Part shown: positions 55,219 through 64,000 of the stretch, in pieces
Numbering within the stretch: position 1 is the first letter of the stretch
Layout of the letters: each line of letters begins with the position of its first letter
Source: a virus
Direction: 5' to 3' (one strand)
Length of the DNA stretch: 64,000 nucleotides
Virus record (IMG/VR): IMGVR_UViG_3300040959_000809
Notes under the pieces: generated by a model
The model's input: the letters and a program-made list of their open reading frames with translations, nothing else
What the model was told of the DNA's origin: nothing
Databases searched by the model: none
Made by a program: the position numbers and the translations under genes

Positions 55219-56832
55219 CTATTCGTTCCCCGAGCCTGCTGGTTCTATGTGTATATGAGATGAATAAGCAATCAATTCTAAATTATATAGGGCTAAAAGT
55301 CTTCTCATTAAAATGATATCATCACTATTTAGGTTATTAGTACTAATGTCAAATGCCTTCTTAGCCATATGCCAAGAACCTTCTACACCCCCAACATTCT
55401 TATTGCATTGACTGCTTCTCCAAGCACTCGTAATATTAAAAGTCTTGCCGATCACAGCCTGAACTCTCATTATCTTAACAACAAAATTGCAATCCATTTC
55501 CTTCCAGGCACTTTCGCCATCACAGAAACCTTTTTTACCATTAGGAAACGCAAATATATTAGACCCACCGGACTCTATTACTTTAAAGGTTGGTATATTA
55601 TTAATTTCTTTACAGGTAGCCGCTGGTGGTGTTTTTGGTTTCTTGCCACTTGGTGTTGGATAACTGTTTTCAGATTCATCACCTGTTTCAGCCGCGTTAA
55701 CACCGGCACTCCATTTTTCTTTTAAAATCTCTGCATTTTGTTTTCGTACAGCTGTGGGGTATCTTTTAGCACCTCTTTTTACAAATAAAGCAGAAGCGGA
55801 ATTTGATGCTCTGCCAAGGCGATTTACTATTTGTTCATATTTTAATGCAAAATTTTGTGATGGTCTTTTGACTTCATTGATTAATGCTTCTATGTTTGAT
55901 ATAAATGAACAGAATCTTAAAACAAGATACTGAATTTCAGCCAAACCTTTTCTATCAAATAGACTTACAGCATAATCAAATAATTTTTCTATACGTTCTT
56001 TTAGTGTTTTCTTATTATCATCGTTCATAATTGCTTCTGCGTCATCTTGAATTTGTCTGCCACGTTTTGCAATATTCTCGTTGATAAAATTCTCATCACA
56101 GTTTACATAATTCAAAAGATTAAAATTGCGGATCGTCTCTGCCACTTTTCGCCATGTCTGTTCAATTACATCAATAATTTTCTTTTTAATTACTTTAATT
56201 AGAGCCTCGGCAAGCCCTTTTTCCGCAACATCTTTGAAGAAGGAATTATTTTTAATACGTGTTATAAAACTCAATGCATCTGAGATAAAACCTTGGATCG
56301 TATCAACAATATCAAAGAATGCATCAATCGCACCAAATACACCTTCTATTTGTTTACAGAACCCGCCTAAAATACTATTTGAAAATGTATTTTTATAATA
56401 CCCATCTAATTGGAATAATAAATTATCAGTACCTAATGTAAGCTGTCCGTCAATAACAGGTGGCGTATAGTTTGTTTCCTCCATAAAATCGACAAATTCC
56501 AGAGCACCAACGTTTCCTCTATTAATTCTTTCCGATAGATCAGGATATTTTACCAGGTTAGCATTACTAAGTAATTGATTAACAGAATTTAAAGTAATAT
56601 ATAAACTAGGCCCAAACCTAGATTCTGCTCTAACTAATGGATTTTCTGTAGCTTCACTCGAATAAGATTGAATAAAATCTTCTGCCCATGCATCTATCTG
56701 ATTTAATGTATATGATCCATCATCATGCACAAGAGGTAAATTTATTGATACTCGTTCTCTGTTCCTGATGGTTTGATCCACCAGACATTGACCGTTTATA
56801 GACGGTGAGTATGAAAAGCACTTATCAGACAT
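55219..56832 (-). CDS. 537-aa protein with a C-terminal peptidase M15 (Zn peptidoglycan peptidase) domain
   Basis: ITSAWRS..CN..VGG...SWHM..AFDI...HIH (His/Asp/His ligands); helical N-terminal region of unknown function. Confidence 0.8.
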   Translation of the reverse strand: MSDKCFSYSPSINGQCLVDQTIRNRERVSINLPLVHDDGSYTLNQIDAWAEDFIQSYSSEATENPLVRAESRFGPSLYITLNSVNQLLSNANLVKYPDLSERINRGNVGALEFVDFMEETNYTPPVIDGQLTLGTDNLLFQLDGYYKNTFSNSILGGFCKQIEGVFGAIDAFFDIVDTIQGFISDALSFITRIKNNSFFKDVAEKGLAEALIKVIKKKIIDVIEQTWRKVAETIRNFNLLNYVNCDENFINENIAKRGRQIQDDAEAIMNDDNKKTLKERIEKLFDYAVSLFDRKGLAEIQYLVLRFCSFISNIEALINEVKRPSQNFALKYEQIVNRLGRASNSASALFVKRGAKRYPTAVRKQNAEILKEKWSAGVNAAETGDESENSYPTPSGKKPKTPPAATCKEINNIPTFKVIESGGSNIFAFPNGKKGFCDGESAWKEMDCNFVVKIMRVQAVIGKTFNITSAWRSSQCNKNVGGVEGSWHMAKKAFDISTNNLNSDDIILMRRLLALYNLELIAYSSHIHIEPAGSGNE

Positions 56833-56849
56833 ATATTCTCCTAATAAAA

Positions 56850-56857
56850 TATTTATC
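56850..56857 (-). promoter_or_regulatory. Possible late promoter (GATAAATA) overlapping the gp5 stop
   Basis: Plus strand tatttatc; GGAG RBS follows before the ATG at 56832. Confidence 0.45.
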
Positions 56858-58952
56858 CAAGTCCATCAAAGACATCTGGTAAATTAACAGCTATATGCTT
56901 GTCAACATTGTCTAATGCAGCCTGTTGCGAGGTTAGTAGTGCATTATATCGTGTTCTTGCATCACTTATTGCAAATTGAACTGGGCCTGATGTAATAGTA
57001 GACTTATTGCTTCCCACACCACCATATCTACTCGCGCCAGTATTTGGATCTGGAATACCTGCCCAGATTCCAGCAAGTGTATATTGGAATTTATCATCAC
57101 TTATTTCACCATCTAGCCAACGATTGAGACTTCCATCCATTTCCAAAAGACCAACCGCCGCTCTATCCTGTGTTGCGGAATCAAATATTTCGTCTCTTGA
57201 AATATAACCTTTATCAACTACACGCTTTAGTGTTGAACTAATAAATTGATATCTACCAATAGCAGTACTTTCGCTTTCACACTGCGGTGGGCCTGCCTTA
57301 CAAGCAATACCTCGGTCAATAAGATCCTGTTGATAATCCAAAACCTCACCAACAGTCATTTGTGAAACTGGTTTTCCTGGCTTATTTGAATCACTAATTT
57401 GGTAGAATAAAGCATCGTAACCATCTGCTCTTGATTCAGCAGATGAGATCATATCCAAAATAGGTTTCATTGAGTCACTTTTGTTGGATACTATATCTGC
57501 TGGAGTGTTATTTCTTGTAGAGTCGGTAGCAGTACCGGATCCATGCCCAGCACCTGAGGTGACACCAGCAGAACTTGAAGATCCTTGTCTATAAACAAAT
57601 GCGGTATTTTTAGAAGGAGGTTCTGGCATTTTTGGAACCTGACTTAATTCCGCAAAATCCAATGTTTCGACGAATGTACCAACGGCTCCGGCAGCAAATG
57701 ATGGGCCACGGAGACGACCAGCAAGGTTTACAAGGTTATCAACCTCAACCAAAACACCACCATAGATTGATGTATATGTTGACGATTGGAATTTAGCAGG
57801 ACCGACTAAACTGTTTATTTCTACACCCAAACCACCAAATTTTGTCGGAACGGTACCGGCAGCATCTATAAACAAATTATTTATAGCTGCATTAAAATCA
57901 CCAACCCCAAATAGGTTATAGCCGTCTGGTCCAAATTGTACATTATGACTGATTAAGCTTGTTTGTTTTGTATAAGGAGCGAGTTGATGCCACGATTCTC
58001 CAGCCTGCAATTTCATGCTTCGTTTGGCATAAAGTGACATATTACTTACATTAGCAGCTATTCTTACCTCAGCAGCACGTGCGGCTAATTGATCACTAGC
58101 ATTAAGTGCCATTTGACCACCAACACCGAACTCTGCATTGCCATGCACAAGTAATTTATAATCGCCTAGAACCTCGGTTGTTTGATTACCTTTTACATAT
58201 GTTGTAGCATCACCCGCAACATGAATATGGCTTTGACCACCGACATAAACATGACTATTTTTTATAGATAGGTCAAATTTATCTTGGTTTGATTTATAGG
58301 TAACATTTCCACTAGAGTCCATTTGAATATATGAACCTTCTTTATGCCAAATCATAATCCGTTCGGCATCATCGGTGTCATCTAGTTCAATAACGTGTTT
58401 GGATGTTTCCCATATTTTATTGTGTGGCCATTTAGCATTATAAGCTGGTGGTGGCTCATCCCAGTCATCAGCACTATTTGCTATCTTGACATTTTCCACT
58501 CGGCTCATTTCCTGTGCAAGAATATATGTCTCGTCCAGGTTTTCACCACGAAGTAATCTTGATGAAGGCGGTTGCCCCCAGCTTTCAGGATCAGAACCTT
58601 TCGCCGTTAGATGTCCGTCCTTATCTGGATACACACCTATACCATCTGCCTCTGGGTGGTCTGGTCTTATATCAAAACTTGTAGGAATAAGACCTAAAAC
58701 CATAGGCTGTTGCGAATCTCTACCGTCCAAAAATATTCCCCACACAAGTGAGTTTAAAGGTGGTAAAGGATTATTGTTACTATAGTTCCCCGCAACACAT
58801 TTTGCCCAAGGTAAGAATCTTGTTGGAATATCTGTTTGAGTACCGTGAACACCGAATGCTCTTACTCTTACTCTATGCTCTCCAGTATTGTCATGATCTT
58901 CTACCATGCCTATAAAAAATAATGGATTTTTGATTCCGCCTGCTTCAAACAT
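56853..58952 (-). CDS. gp5: Baseplate central spike gp5 (699 aa): OB fold, beta-helix and C-terminal lysozyme-like domain
   Basis: Start is probably ATG 58952 (GGAG 6 nt upstream, TAATG overlap). FFIGMVED...RVRVRAFGVH...VWGIFLDG..QQPMVLG; VxG 8-mer repeats; ILDMISSAES...AIGRYQFISSTLK...QDRAA...WAGIP. Confidence 0.9.
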   Translation of the reverse strand: MFEAGGIKNPLFFIGMVEDHDNTGEHRVRVRAFGVHGTQTDIPTRFLPWAKCVAGNYSNNNPLPPLNSLVWGIFLDGRDSQQPMVLGLIPTSFDIRPDHPEADGIGVYPDKDGHLTAKGSDPESWGQPPSSRLLRGENLDETYILAQEMSRVENVKIANSADDWDEPPPAYNAKWPHNKIWETSKHVIELDDTDDAERIMIWHKEGSYIQMDSSGNVTYKSNQDKFDLSIKNSHVYVGGQSHIHVAGDATTYVKGNQTTEVLGDYKLLVHGNAEFGVGGQMALNASDQLAARAAEVRIAANVSNMSLYAKRSMKLQAGESWHQLAPYTKQTSLISHNVQFGPDGYNLFGVGDFNAAINNLFIDAAGTVPTKFGGLGVEINSLVGPAKFQSSTYTSIYGGVLVEVDNLVNLAGRLRGPSFAAGAVGTFVETLDFAELSQVPKMPEPPSKNTAFVYRQGSSSSAGVTSGAGHGSGTATDSTRNNTPADIVSNKSDSMKPILDMISSAESRADGYDALFYQISDSNKPGKPVSQMTVGEVLDYQQDLIDRGIACKAGPPQCESESTAIGRYQFISSTLKRVVDKGYISRDEIFDSATQDRAAVGLLEMDGSLNRWLDGEISDDKFQYTLAGIWAGIPDPNTGASRYGGVGSNKSTITSGPVQFAISDARTRYNALLTSQQAALDNVDKHIAVNLPDVFDGLG

Positions 58953-60430
58953 TATGTACTCCAATCAAATTTAGTAACGGAAAGTCTTGTGCTTAGCACA
59001 TTATCTTCCAATGCATGGATAGATTCTTTTACCAAATATCTGCCAGATAATTGTTGGTGAGGATCTTTTCTACCAGTAGATAGCCCTGATTGTTCTTTAA
59101 TTGAAAGATCAATAACCTTACCCGGTTTAATATCCAACCGACCTTTTAATTCTAAAGTAAGTGGTGTTCTATTTATGTGATGATTATATGCAATTCTATT
59201 TGAAACAATTTCGGAAAAATATTGTTCATTTTTAACTATAGGACTAGCATTAGGCTGAGTGCCATAGTCTCGTACCACCATAAAAGTTCTTTCACTATCC
59301 TGGAGAAACCAATCTTTTAGAAATGGCTCGGAATGAACATCATCCTCGGCTCTATTGTTTCTTTGAATTTTTTTGTTATTAATATCTAGGAAATTGGCAT
59401 CTTCTAAATAATTAAAACGATTATTTATTACTCGTCTTCGATTGATGTCAATTTCAATAACATTGTTTCTATAACCACCAGAAAAGAAATCTGCAGAGGT
59501 GTCAACCCGAAGAGGATAACTTAATCCTTCTACCTGGCGAATATGCGTCTCTGTCTCTCTAGGATCCATGGATCCATAAGGATCATAGGTTAAAGGAATG
59601 ATTTCATCCTCATTAACATCAGCATATTTAATTAACCATTCATCCGTGACAAAGTAATAGCCATCGACTGTTTCAAAGAACCTATATGTACACGATGCAG
59701 ATTTTGTGCTAAATGATTCTCTTGACAAAAAGTTCATTGTTTCCGCAGGGTTTAAATTGGGGATGAGTAATCTTTTTGTACCTTCAGTTCGTTGGATAAA
59801 AAAGGTTCTGGAAGGTTCTGATTTAAGAGTATAGGCGTCAGTAATAAAAATTCGTTCATCATTTTTTCTTTTTGTTTGATTTCCGTCAGATTTAACACCT
59901 AAAAAATAATTATCTGTCCTAGTAAGTTTATCATAATAATTATCAAAAACCTTTTTAGCCGCAGTAGACGCAAATATATCATACATAGGCTCACAAACTC
60001 TTTTGCCTATAGTATTAAACGACACAGTAGAAGTAAAATGCATGGTAAATATTTTACCATCACCGTTTGATGTTGGGCTGATGCCGTCGATCTTATAGAC
60101 TCTTACATCCATATTTACTATTGTATTTAAATCATAACCTTTAATGGTTAAATGTAATCTTTCCTCACCGCGCAATGGTGTTAGATTTCTATCCGTATAG
60201 CCGGTGGATTTTGCTTCGGATTTTGTTGTCGGTAAAGCATTTTCAAGCAATCCTACTCTATCCTCTACAAGAATTGAGCCCAAATAGCTATTCTGTGTAA
60301 TGGACTGTTGCAGACTAAACCCAGTAATCATTGCAGTAATATTAACACCTTCTCCACCAGGAGGTGTGCCATACGTGAACAGTACAGCTCTATCAATTGT
60401 AGCCATGGATGCGTTATAATCTTGCGACAC
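58952..60430 (-). CDS. Baseplate hub protein, gp27-like (492 aa)
   Basis: Position between gp53 and gp5; YRFFETVDGYYFVT, LELKGRLDIKPGKVIDL and LSGRYLVKESIH hub-type motifs. Confidence 0.7.
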   Translation of the reverse strand: MSQDYNASMATIDRAVLFTYGTPPGGEGVNITAMITGFSLQQSITQNSYLGSILVEDRVGLLENALPTTKSEAKSTGYTDRNLTPLRGEERLHLTIKGYDLNTIVNMDVRVYKIDGISPTSNGDGKIFTMHFTSTVSFNTIGKRVCEPMYDIFASTAAKKVFDNYYDKLTRTDNYFLGVKSDGNQTKRKNDERIFITDAYTLKSEPSRTFFIQRTEGTKRLLIPNLNPAETMNFLSRESFSTKSASCTYRFFETVDGYYFVTDEWLIKYADVNEDEIIPLTYDPYGSMDPRETETHIRQVEGLSYPLRVDTSADFFSGGYRNNVIEIDINRRRVINNRFNYLEDANFLDINNKKIQRNNRAEDDVHSEPFLKDWFLQDSERTFMVVRDYGTQPNASPIVKNEQYFSEIVSNRIAYNHHINRTPLTLELKGRLDIKPGKVIDLSIKEQSGLSTGRKDPHQQLSGRYLVKESIHALEDNVLSTRLSVTKFDWST

Positions 60431-60431
60431 T

Positions 60432-60692
60432 TTAGCTTCCGACTCTCATTTTGGCAATAAATTCATCTTCCAATTGGCCAATAAAATCACTATCGAACAG
60501 AAAGATCTCTTTTTTATTTGAATTTAAATCATTTTCAAAATCAATAATTCTATATGCAATCCATTCATCTGGAATAATACGCTTAATAATAATCTTTCGA
60601 CCTGCTTCTGTACGAAGAATAATCCTATTTTCCGCACGGAGATAGATTGTTCTAAAAGATTCCGGAGCTAGTTTTACAATATCAACTGCCAT
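60432..60692 (-). CDS. 86-aa ORF resembling the C-terminal part of gp53
   Basis: In frame with, and starting immediately after, the gp53 TAA; DFENDLNSNKKEIFL...QLEDEF..M resembles the gp53 C-terminal YE...NE.KR.I.L motif; GAGG 5 nt upstream of its ATG. Confidence 0.7.
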   Translation of the reverse strand: MAVDIVKLAPESFRTIYLRAENRIILRTEAGRKIIIKRIIPDEWIAYRIIDFENDLNSNKKEIFLFDSDFIGQLEDEFIAKMRVGS

Positions 60693-61070
60693 TTAGACCT
60701 CTTTATAGTAATATAAAATGTTTTCTTCACTATTCTGATCCTTTACCCAGTCAACGACATCTTGTCCTGTCAACCCAGATTGCTCTGAATATTTTTCGAT
60801 CAAATAATTATTAAAAGTTAATTCATCCATAGGCCATTCGTGATAAGGATCGACAATATTATTTGCCAAATAAACAAGCCAGACATAATCCACAGATCCG
60901 TAATAGAATAATGCAACGTCCTCAGCTCTTTCATCATCAGATACTGTATATGGTAAAAACAGCATAGGGTTTGTGGATATTGATTTTAAAAATTGATTTC
61001 TTCTTGTAATGTCTCGTACCTGTTTGCCTTGGTATTCGATAACAGGAAAATTTTGAAAATAACTAGCCAT
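60693..61070 (-). CDS. gp53: Baseplate wedge subunit gp53, N-terminal/LysM-like part (125 aa)
   Basis: YFQNFPVIEY...ERAEDVALFYYGSVDYVWLVYLANNIVDPYHEWPM. Confidence 0.88.
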   Translation of the reverse strand: MASYFQNFPVIEYQGKQVRDITRRNQFLKSISTNPMLFLPYTVSDDERAEDVALFYYGSVDYVWLVYLANNIVDPYHEWPMDELTFNNYLIEKYSEQSGLTGQDVVDWVKDQNSEENILYYYKEV

Positions 61071-61073
61071 AAC

Positions 61074-62105
61074 TTATCCTCCGTTACCGATGGCAGAAGT
61101 CGTTATACCTTCAGTTGCGCCCGTGTAATCATTTGCTGTATGTATTTCAAGCTCTTGTAATTGCATACTTAATGTTATAGCACCTGGTTTACCATCGGTC
61201 ATAATAGGAATTGTACCCGTAGCGCCATAATCAATATTAACAGATTGAATCATACAAGGTTTAAAACGTGGGAAGTGAGTCTGATCAACACCTAAAAGAT
61301 GGATTTCAACTACACTTGGATATCTTAAAAATGCCCTGGAGATAACTTCGCTACCTGCAATATTAACACCTTGCGACTCAGGTAAAGATTTTGTTTTTAA
61401 ATAATTAATCATGCTTTTAATTGTTTCTGAATCTGTTCTATCAAATGGATATAATTCCCATGTAAATTGATACGATTTTAAATTTACACCTTCAAATGCA
61501 AGTGTTTCTTTTGGGTTCACAACATTGCCTGAATATACACCGACACTACGACCTAAATCACCCGGCAGAAAAGTACGTAACAAATATGCCGCACCTGCTG
61601 CAGCATCCTTCATACCGACATCTTGTAATGTTTTAACTATGCTACCTAAAGACTCTTGAAAGCCGTTACTAGCAACACTGGCGCCAGCGCTTTTGAATAG
61701 GCTTGCGATATCACCGGTGATGCTTGAGGCCGCAGATGTCAGATTAGACAAAGAAGCTTCTGAACCGGTTTGTTTTGTTAGATAAGATGCAATTCTTTCT
61801 GTAATAAGACTTCTTTCAAATCCATTCAAACGAAGATCAACCTGATCCTGTAGTTGTTTTGGAAAGGGCAATTCAATGCCAGATGAACTGTTCAATGCTT
61901 TATTAATTTGGCCTTGTGTTTGAAATACTCTGGACGCACCTAAAAGAGGAGTCAACCCCTCATAGGTTTTTCTGTCCTGATATGCATAATCTTTAAATAC
62001 AAAAAGGATACTGTGAGCCTCGGTTCGATTTGGGAAAGACATAAATTTTCCATCAGTAGTGGATCTTTTATATTGTTCCTTCTTCACCTGTGGTTTTGAT
62101 GACAT
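61074..62105 (-). CDS. gp48: Baseplate tail-tube cap gp48 (343 aa)
   Basis: Start is probably ATG 62105 (MSSKPQ; GAGG RBS). IELPFP...NPKETLAFEGVNLKSYQFTWELYP...FLRYP...FKPCMIQSVNIDY...LQELEIHTANDY. Confidence 0.9.
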   Translation of the reverse strand: MSSKPQVKKEQYKRSTTDGKFMSFPNRTEAHSILFVFKDYAYQDRKTYEGLTPLLGASRVFQTQGQINKALNSSSGIELPFPKQLQDQVDLRLNGFERSLITERIASYLTKQTGSEASLSNLTSAASSITGDIASLFKSAGASVASNGFQESLGSIVKTLQDVGMKDAAAGAAYLLRTFLPGDLGRSVGVYSGNVVNPKETLAFEGVNLKSYQFTWELYPFDRTDSETIKSMINYLKTKSLPESQGVNIAGSEVISRAFLRYPSVVEIHLLGVDQTHFPRFKPCMIQSVNIDYGATGTIPIMTDGKPGAITLSMQLQELEIHTANDYTGATEGITTSAIGNGG

Positions 62106-62122
62106 ATTATCCTCGTTTTCTA

Positions 62123-62130
62123 TATAAATA
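62123..62130 (+). promoter_or_regulatory. T4 late promoter TATAAATA driving gp4-gp2-gp54
   Basis: Exact consensus on the plus strand, 41 nt upstream of the ATG at 62171. Confidence 0.8.
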
Positions 62131-62142
62131 GCTTTACAGAGA

Positions 62143-62150
62143 TATTTATA
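62143..62150 (-). promoter_or_regulatory. T4 late promoter TATAAATA driving gp48 and the downstream baseplate genes
   Basis: Plus strand tatttata, 38 nt upstream of the ATG at 62105. Confidence 0.8.
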
Positions 62151-62170
62151 CAAAAAAATGTGATTAAAAA

Positions 62171-62629
62171 ATGGCTTATAGTGGAAGGTTTCGACCGAAG
62201 AACCCACAGAAATATAAAGGTGACCCGACAAAGATTATTTATAGATCTTTGTGGGAGTTTAAGTTTTTTCGTTATGTAGATTTGCACTCTTCGATTATAT
62301 GGTGGCAGTCGGAAGAAGTCGTGGTACCGTATGTTTCCCCAGTGGATGGCAAACGGCACAGGTATTTTCCTGATGTAATTGTAAATAAAAGAATGCCGAA
62401 TGGCTCAGTTAAAACTGTGATGATTGAAATTAAACCATATAAACAAACATTGCCGCCTGATATAAAGAATAAGAATAAGACAAAGACCGGCAGAATATCA
62501 AGAAGATATTTGAACGAGGTAAAAACATATGGTGTCAATACGGCAAAATGGAAAGCGGCAAGAAATTATTGTGCCGATAGGGGTTGGGACTTTGAGATTA
62601 TGACAGAAAAAGAATTAGGAATTAAGTAA
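62171..62629 (+). CDS. gp4: Head completion nuclease gp4 (TnsA-like fold)
   Basis: AYSGRFRPKNPQKYKGDP..IIYRSLWE...W.SEE...PY...HRYFPD...EIKP. Confidence 0.95.
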   Translation: MAYSGRFRPKNPQKYKGDPTKIIYRSLWEFKFFRYVDLHSSIIWWQSEEVVVPYVSPVDGKRHRYFPDVIVNKRMPNGSVKTVMIEIKPYKQTLPPDIKNKNKTKTGRISRRYLNEVKTYGVNTAKWKAARNYCADRGWDFEIMTEKELGIK

Positions 62630-63243
62630 TGGTAGCAAAGGTATTCGACGATATCCTTTTGAAGGGCATACGCTCTGGTCAGGCTCCAGCACGTACTGGT
62701 GAAGCTCGTAAATGGTACCGCAATCAAGCGGCTGATGTTGCTAAATCTGCAGCAAAGGGTGACAGACTTGTAAGAGAAACAAGTTCGGATAGATTAAAAG
62801 CCAAATCAAGATTTAGGATAGGCAGTATGTATATGTTTGCATATGATCCAAAGCATAAAGCAACATTACCATATTACGATAGATTCCCATTGGTGATTCC
62901 TATAGGCCCAGCCAAAGATGGCTTTATCGGCATCAACTTTCACTACCTCCCACCGAGGCTTCGAGCAAAATTATTTGATGCATTGTATGATACAGCAACA
63001 AACGAACGTTTTGATGAATCCACTCGACTAAGAGTTAATTATGGGATATTGTCAAACGCAGCAAAGTTTAAGGAATTTAAGCCTTGTATAAAACATTATC
63101 TTACACCACACATTAGGACCAGACTGATTTATGTAAATCCTTCAGAATGGGATATTGCATTATTTCTACCAAGCGCTAACTTTTATGGTGCCAATAGGTC
63201 CAAAGTTTATGCTGAATCACGTCAAAAGATTAGAGGATCATAA
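62629..63243 (+). CDS. gp2: DNA end protector gp2
   Basis: MYMFAYDPKHKATLPYYDRFPLVI...GINFHYLPPRLR...CIKHYL. Confidence 0.93.
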   Translation: MVAKVFDDILLKGIRSGQAPARTGEARKWYRNQAADVAKSAAKGDRLVRETSSDRLKAKSRFRIGSMYMFAYDPKHKATLPYYDRFPLVIPIGPAKDGFIGINFHYLPPRLRAKLFDALYDTATNERFDESTRLRVNYGILSNAAKFKEFKPCIKHYLTPHIRTRLIYVNPSEWDIALFLPSANFYGANRSKVYAESRQKIRGS

Positions 63244-63245
63244 GA

Positions 63246-64000
63246 ATGTCATTTAACATTTCTCAATTTAAATCAGCTCTCAACAATTTTGGTGGCCCAT
63301 CACGGGCTTCATTGTTTGAGGTAAGTGTGATTAACCCACCGACAAGAGGCACAGGTGTTAATGCCACAAACTTTCAGTTCTTTTGTCAATCAGCGGTTGT
63401 TCCCGGGATTCAAATTGAAACACAACTGTACGCACCTGTTGCTGGAAGACCTGTACAGTTTCCAACCGGTATAACACCATCACCATTTAATGCAATTTTT
63501 CTTATGGATTCAGAACACCAATTACTTGAATTTTTCCATAAGTGGATTCAAAATGTAGTAAACTACGGAGTTGGCGGTGGTAAATTTTCGTCAATTACTT
63601 CGAGATCAGGTGGAACAATGCTACCATTTGAAATAGGCTACATGGCGGACTATTCAGCAGATATTATTATTAAACATTATACCGTTAATTCTGACGGCGC
63701 ATCATATTATGAAACAAAATTACAAAATGCATATCCAGTCGCCGTTGGTGACATTGATCTTGCATGGAGTGATAACGATTCATATCTAACACTTCCGGTT
63801 TCATTTGCATATGAGCAGATTGTATATTCTGGAGAGGAAACAGGTAATCCTTTGGACGGTTTGGGTAGAGGTGCTGGAATCTTAGATGCACTAGGGGCAA
63901 TCGCTGGATTTGTAGGCACAGTACAACAAACCGTTAAGCAAGGAACAAAATTTGATTCCGTACAAGATGCAGTGAATAGAATATATAGAGTTAGAAACTC
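63246..64000 (+). CDS. gp54: Tail tube initiator / tube-like protein gp54, 3' end truncated (not in the supplied ORF track)
   Basis: Hand translation: MSFNISQFKSALNNFGGPSRASLFEV...FFCQSAVVPG...FFHKWIQ...LQNAYPVAVGDIDLAWSDND...VSFAY, open to the window end. Confidence 0.78.
   Translation, partial: MSFNISQFKSALNNFGGPSRASLFEVSVINPPTRGTGVNATNFQFFCQSAVVPGIQIETQLYAPVAGRPVQFPTGITPSPFNAIFLMDSEHQLLEFFHKWIQNVVNYGVGGGKFSSITSRSGGTMLPFEIGYMADYSADIIIKHYTVNSDGASYYETKLQNAYPVAVGDIDLAWSDNDSYLTLPVSFAYEQIVYSGEETGNPLDGLGRGAGILDALGAIAGFVGTVQQTVKQGTKFDSVQDAVNRIYRVRN

Noticed and set aside
60693-60695. Stop-codon reassignment as the explanation for the gp53 split
   Set aside because: TAA is the dominant genuine stop of the other genes here, and the giant ORFs are uninterrupted under the standard code
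58953-62231. Longer ORF-track starts for gp5 (58964) and gp48 (62231), and likewise 11701 for the fibre
   Set aside because: These use TTG/GTG or upstream starts without an RBS and overlap neighbours or promoters; downstream ATGs have proper Shine-Dalgarno spacing

Overview
A 64-kb segment of a large T4-like (Tevenvirinae/Kyanoviridae-type) myovirus genome that covers the late tail and baseplate module. It is about 98% coding. At the right end, a divergent pair of T4-type late promoters (TATAAATA) separates a plus-strand unit (gp4 head-completion nuclease, gp2 DNA-end protector, gp54-like tube initiator) from a long minus-strand run. That run contains gp48, a split gp53, a gp27-like hub, gp5 with a C-terminal lysozyme-like domain, an M15 peptidase, gp25, gp6, gp7, a gp9-like protein, a subtilisin-like S8 protease with a large insertion, gp8 and a DUF4815-type structural protein. 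Roughly 39 kb of giant accessory fibre/adhesin genes follow: a 3382-aa repeat protein, a 2023-aa Gly-X-Gln collagen-like fibre, 1471/860/547/466-aa fibres and a 3612-aa modular tail fibre. The most notable observations are (i) a tail fibre built from about 23 modules delimited by a junction motif that is near-identical at DNA level, (ii) amicyanin-type copper-site (cupredoxin) domains in two fibres, (iii) three S74 autocleaving chaperones, (iv) an enzyme-armed baseplate (lysozyme at the gp5 tip end, M15 peptidase where PAAR usually sits, S8 protease with an inserted putative metal-binding domain) and (v) an in-frame TAA-ATG split of gp53. No RNA genes, CRISPR array, integrase or reverse transcriptase were recognised. 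All family assignments come from motif recognition by eye, not database searches.
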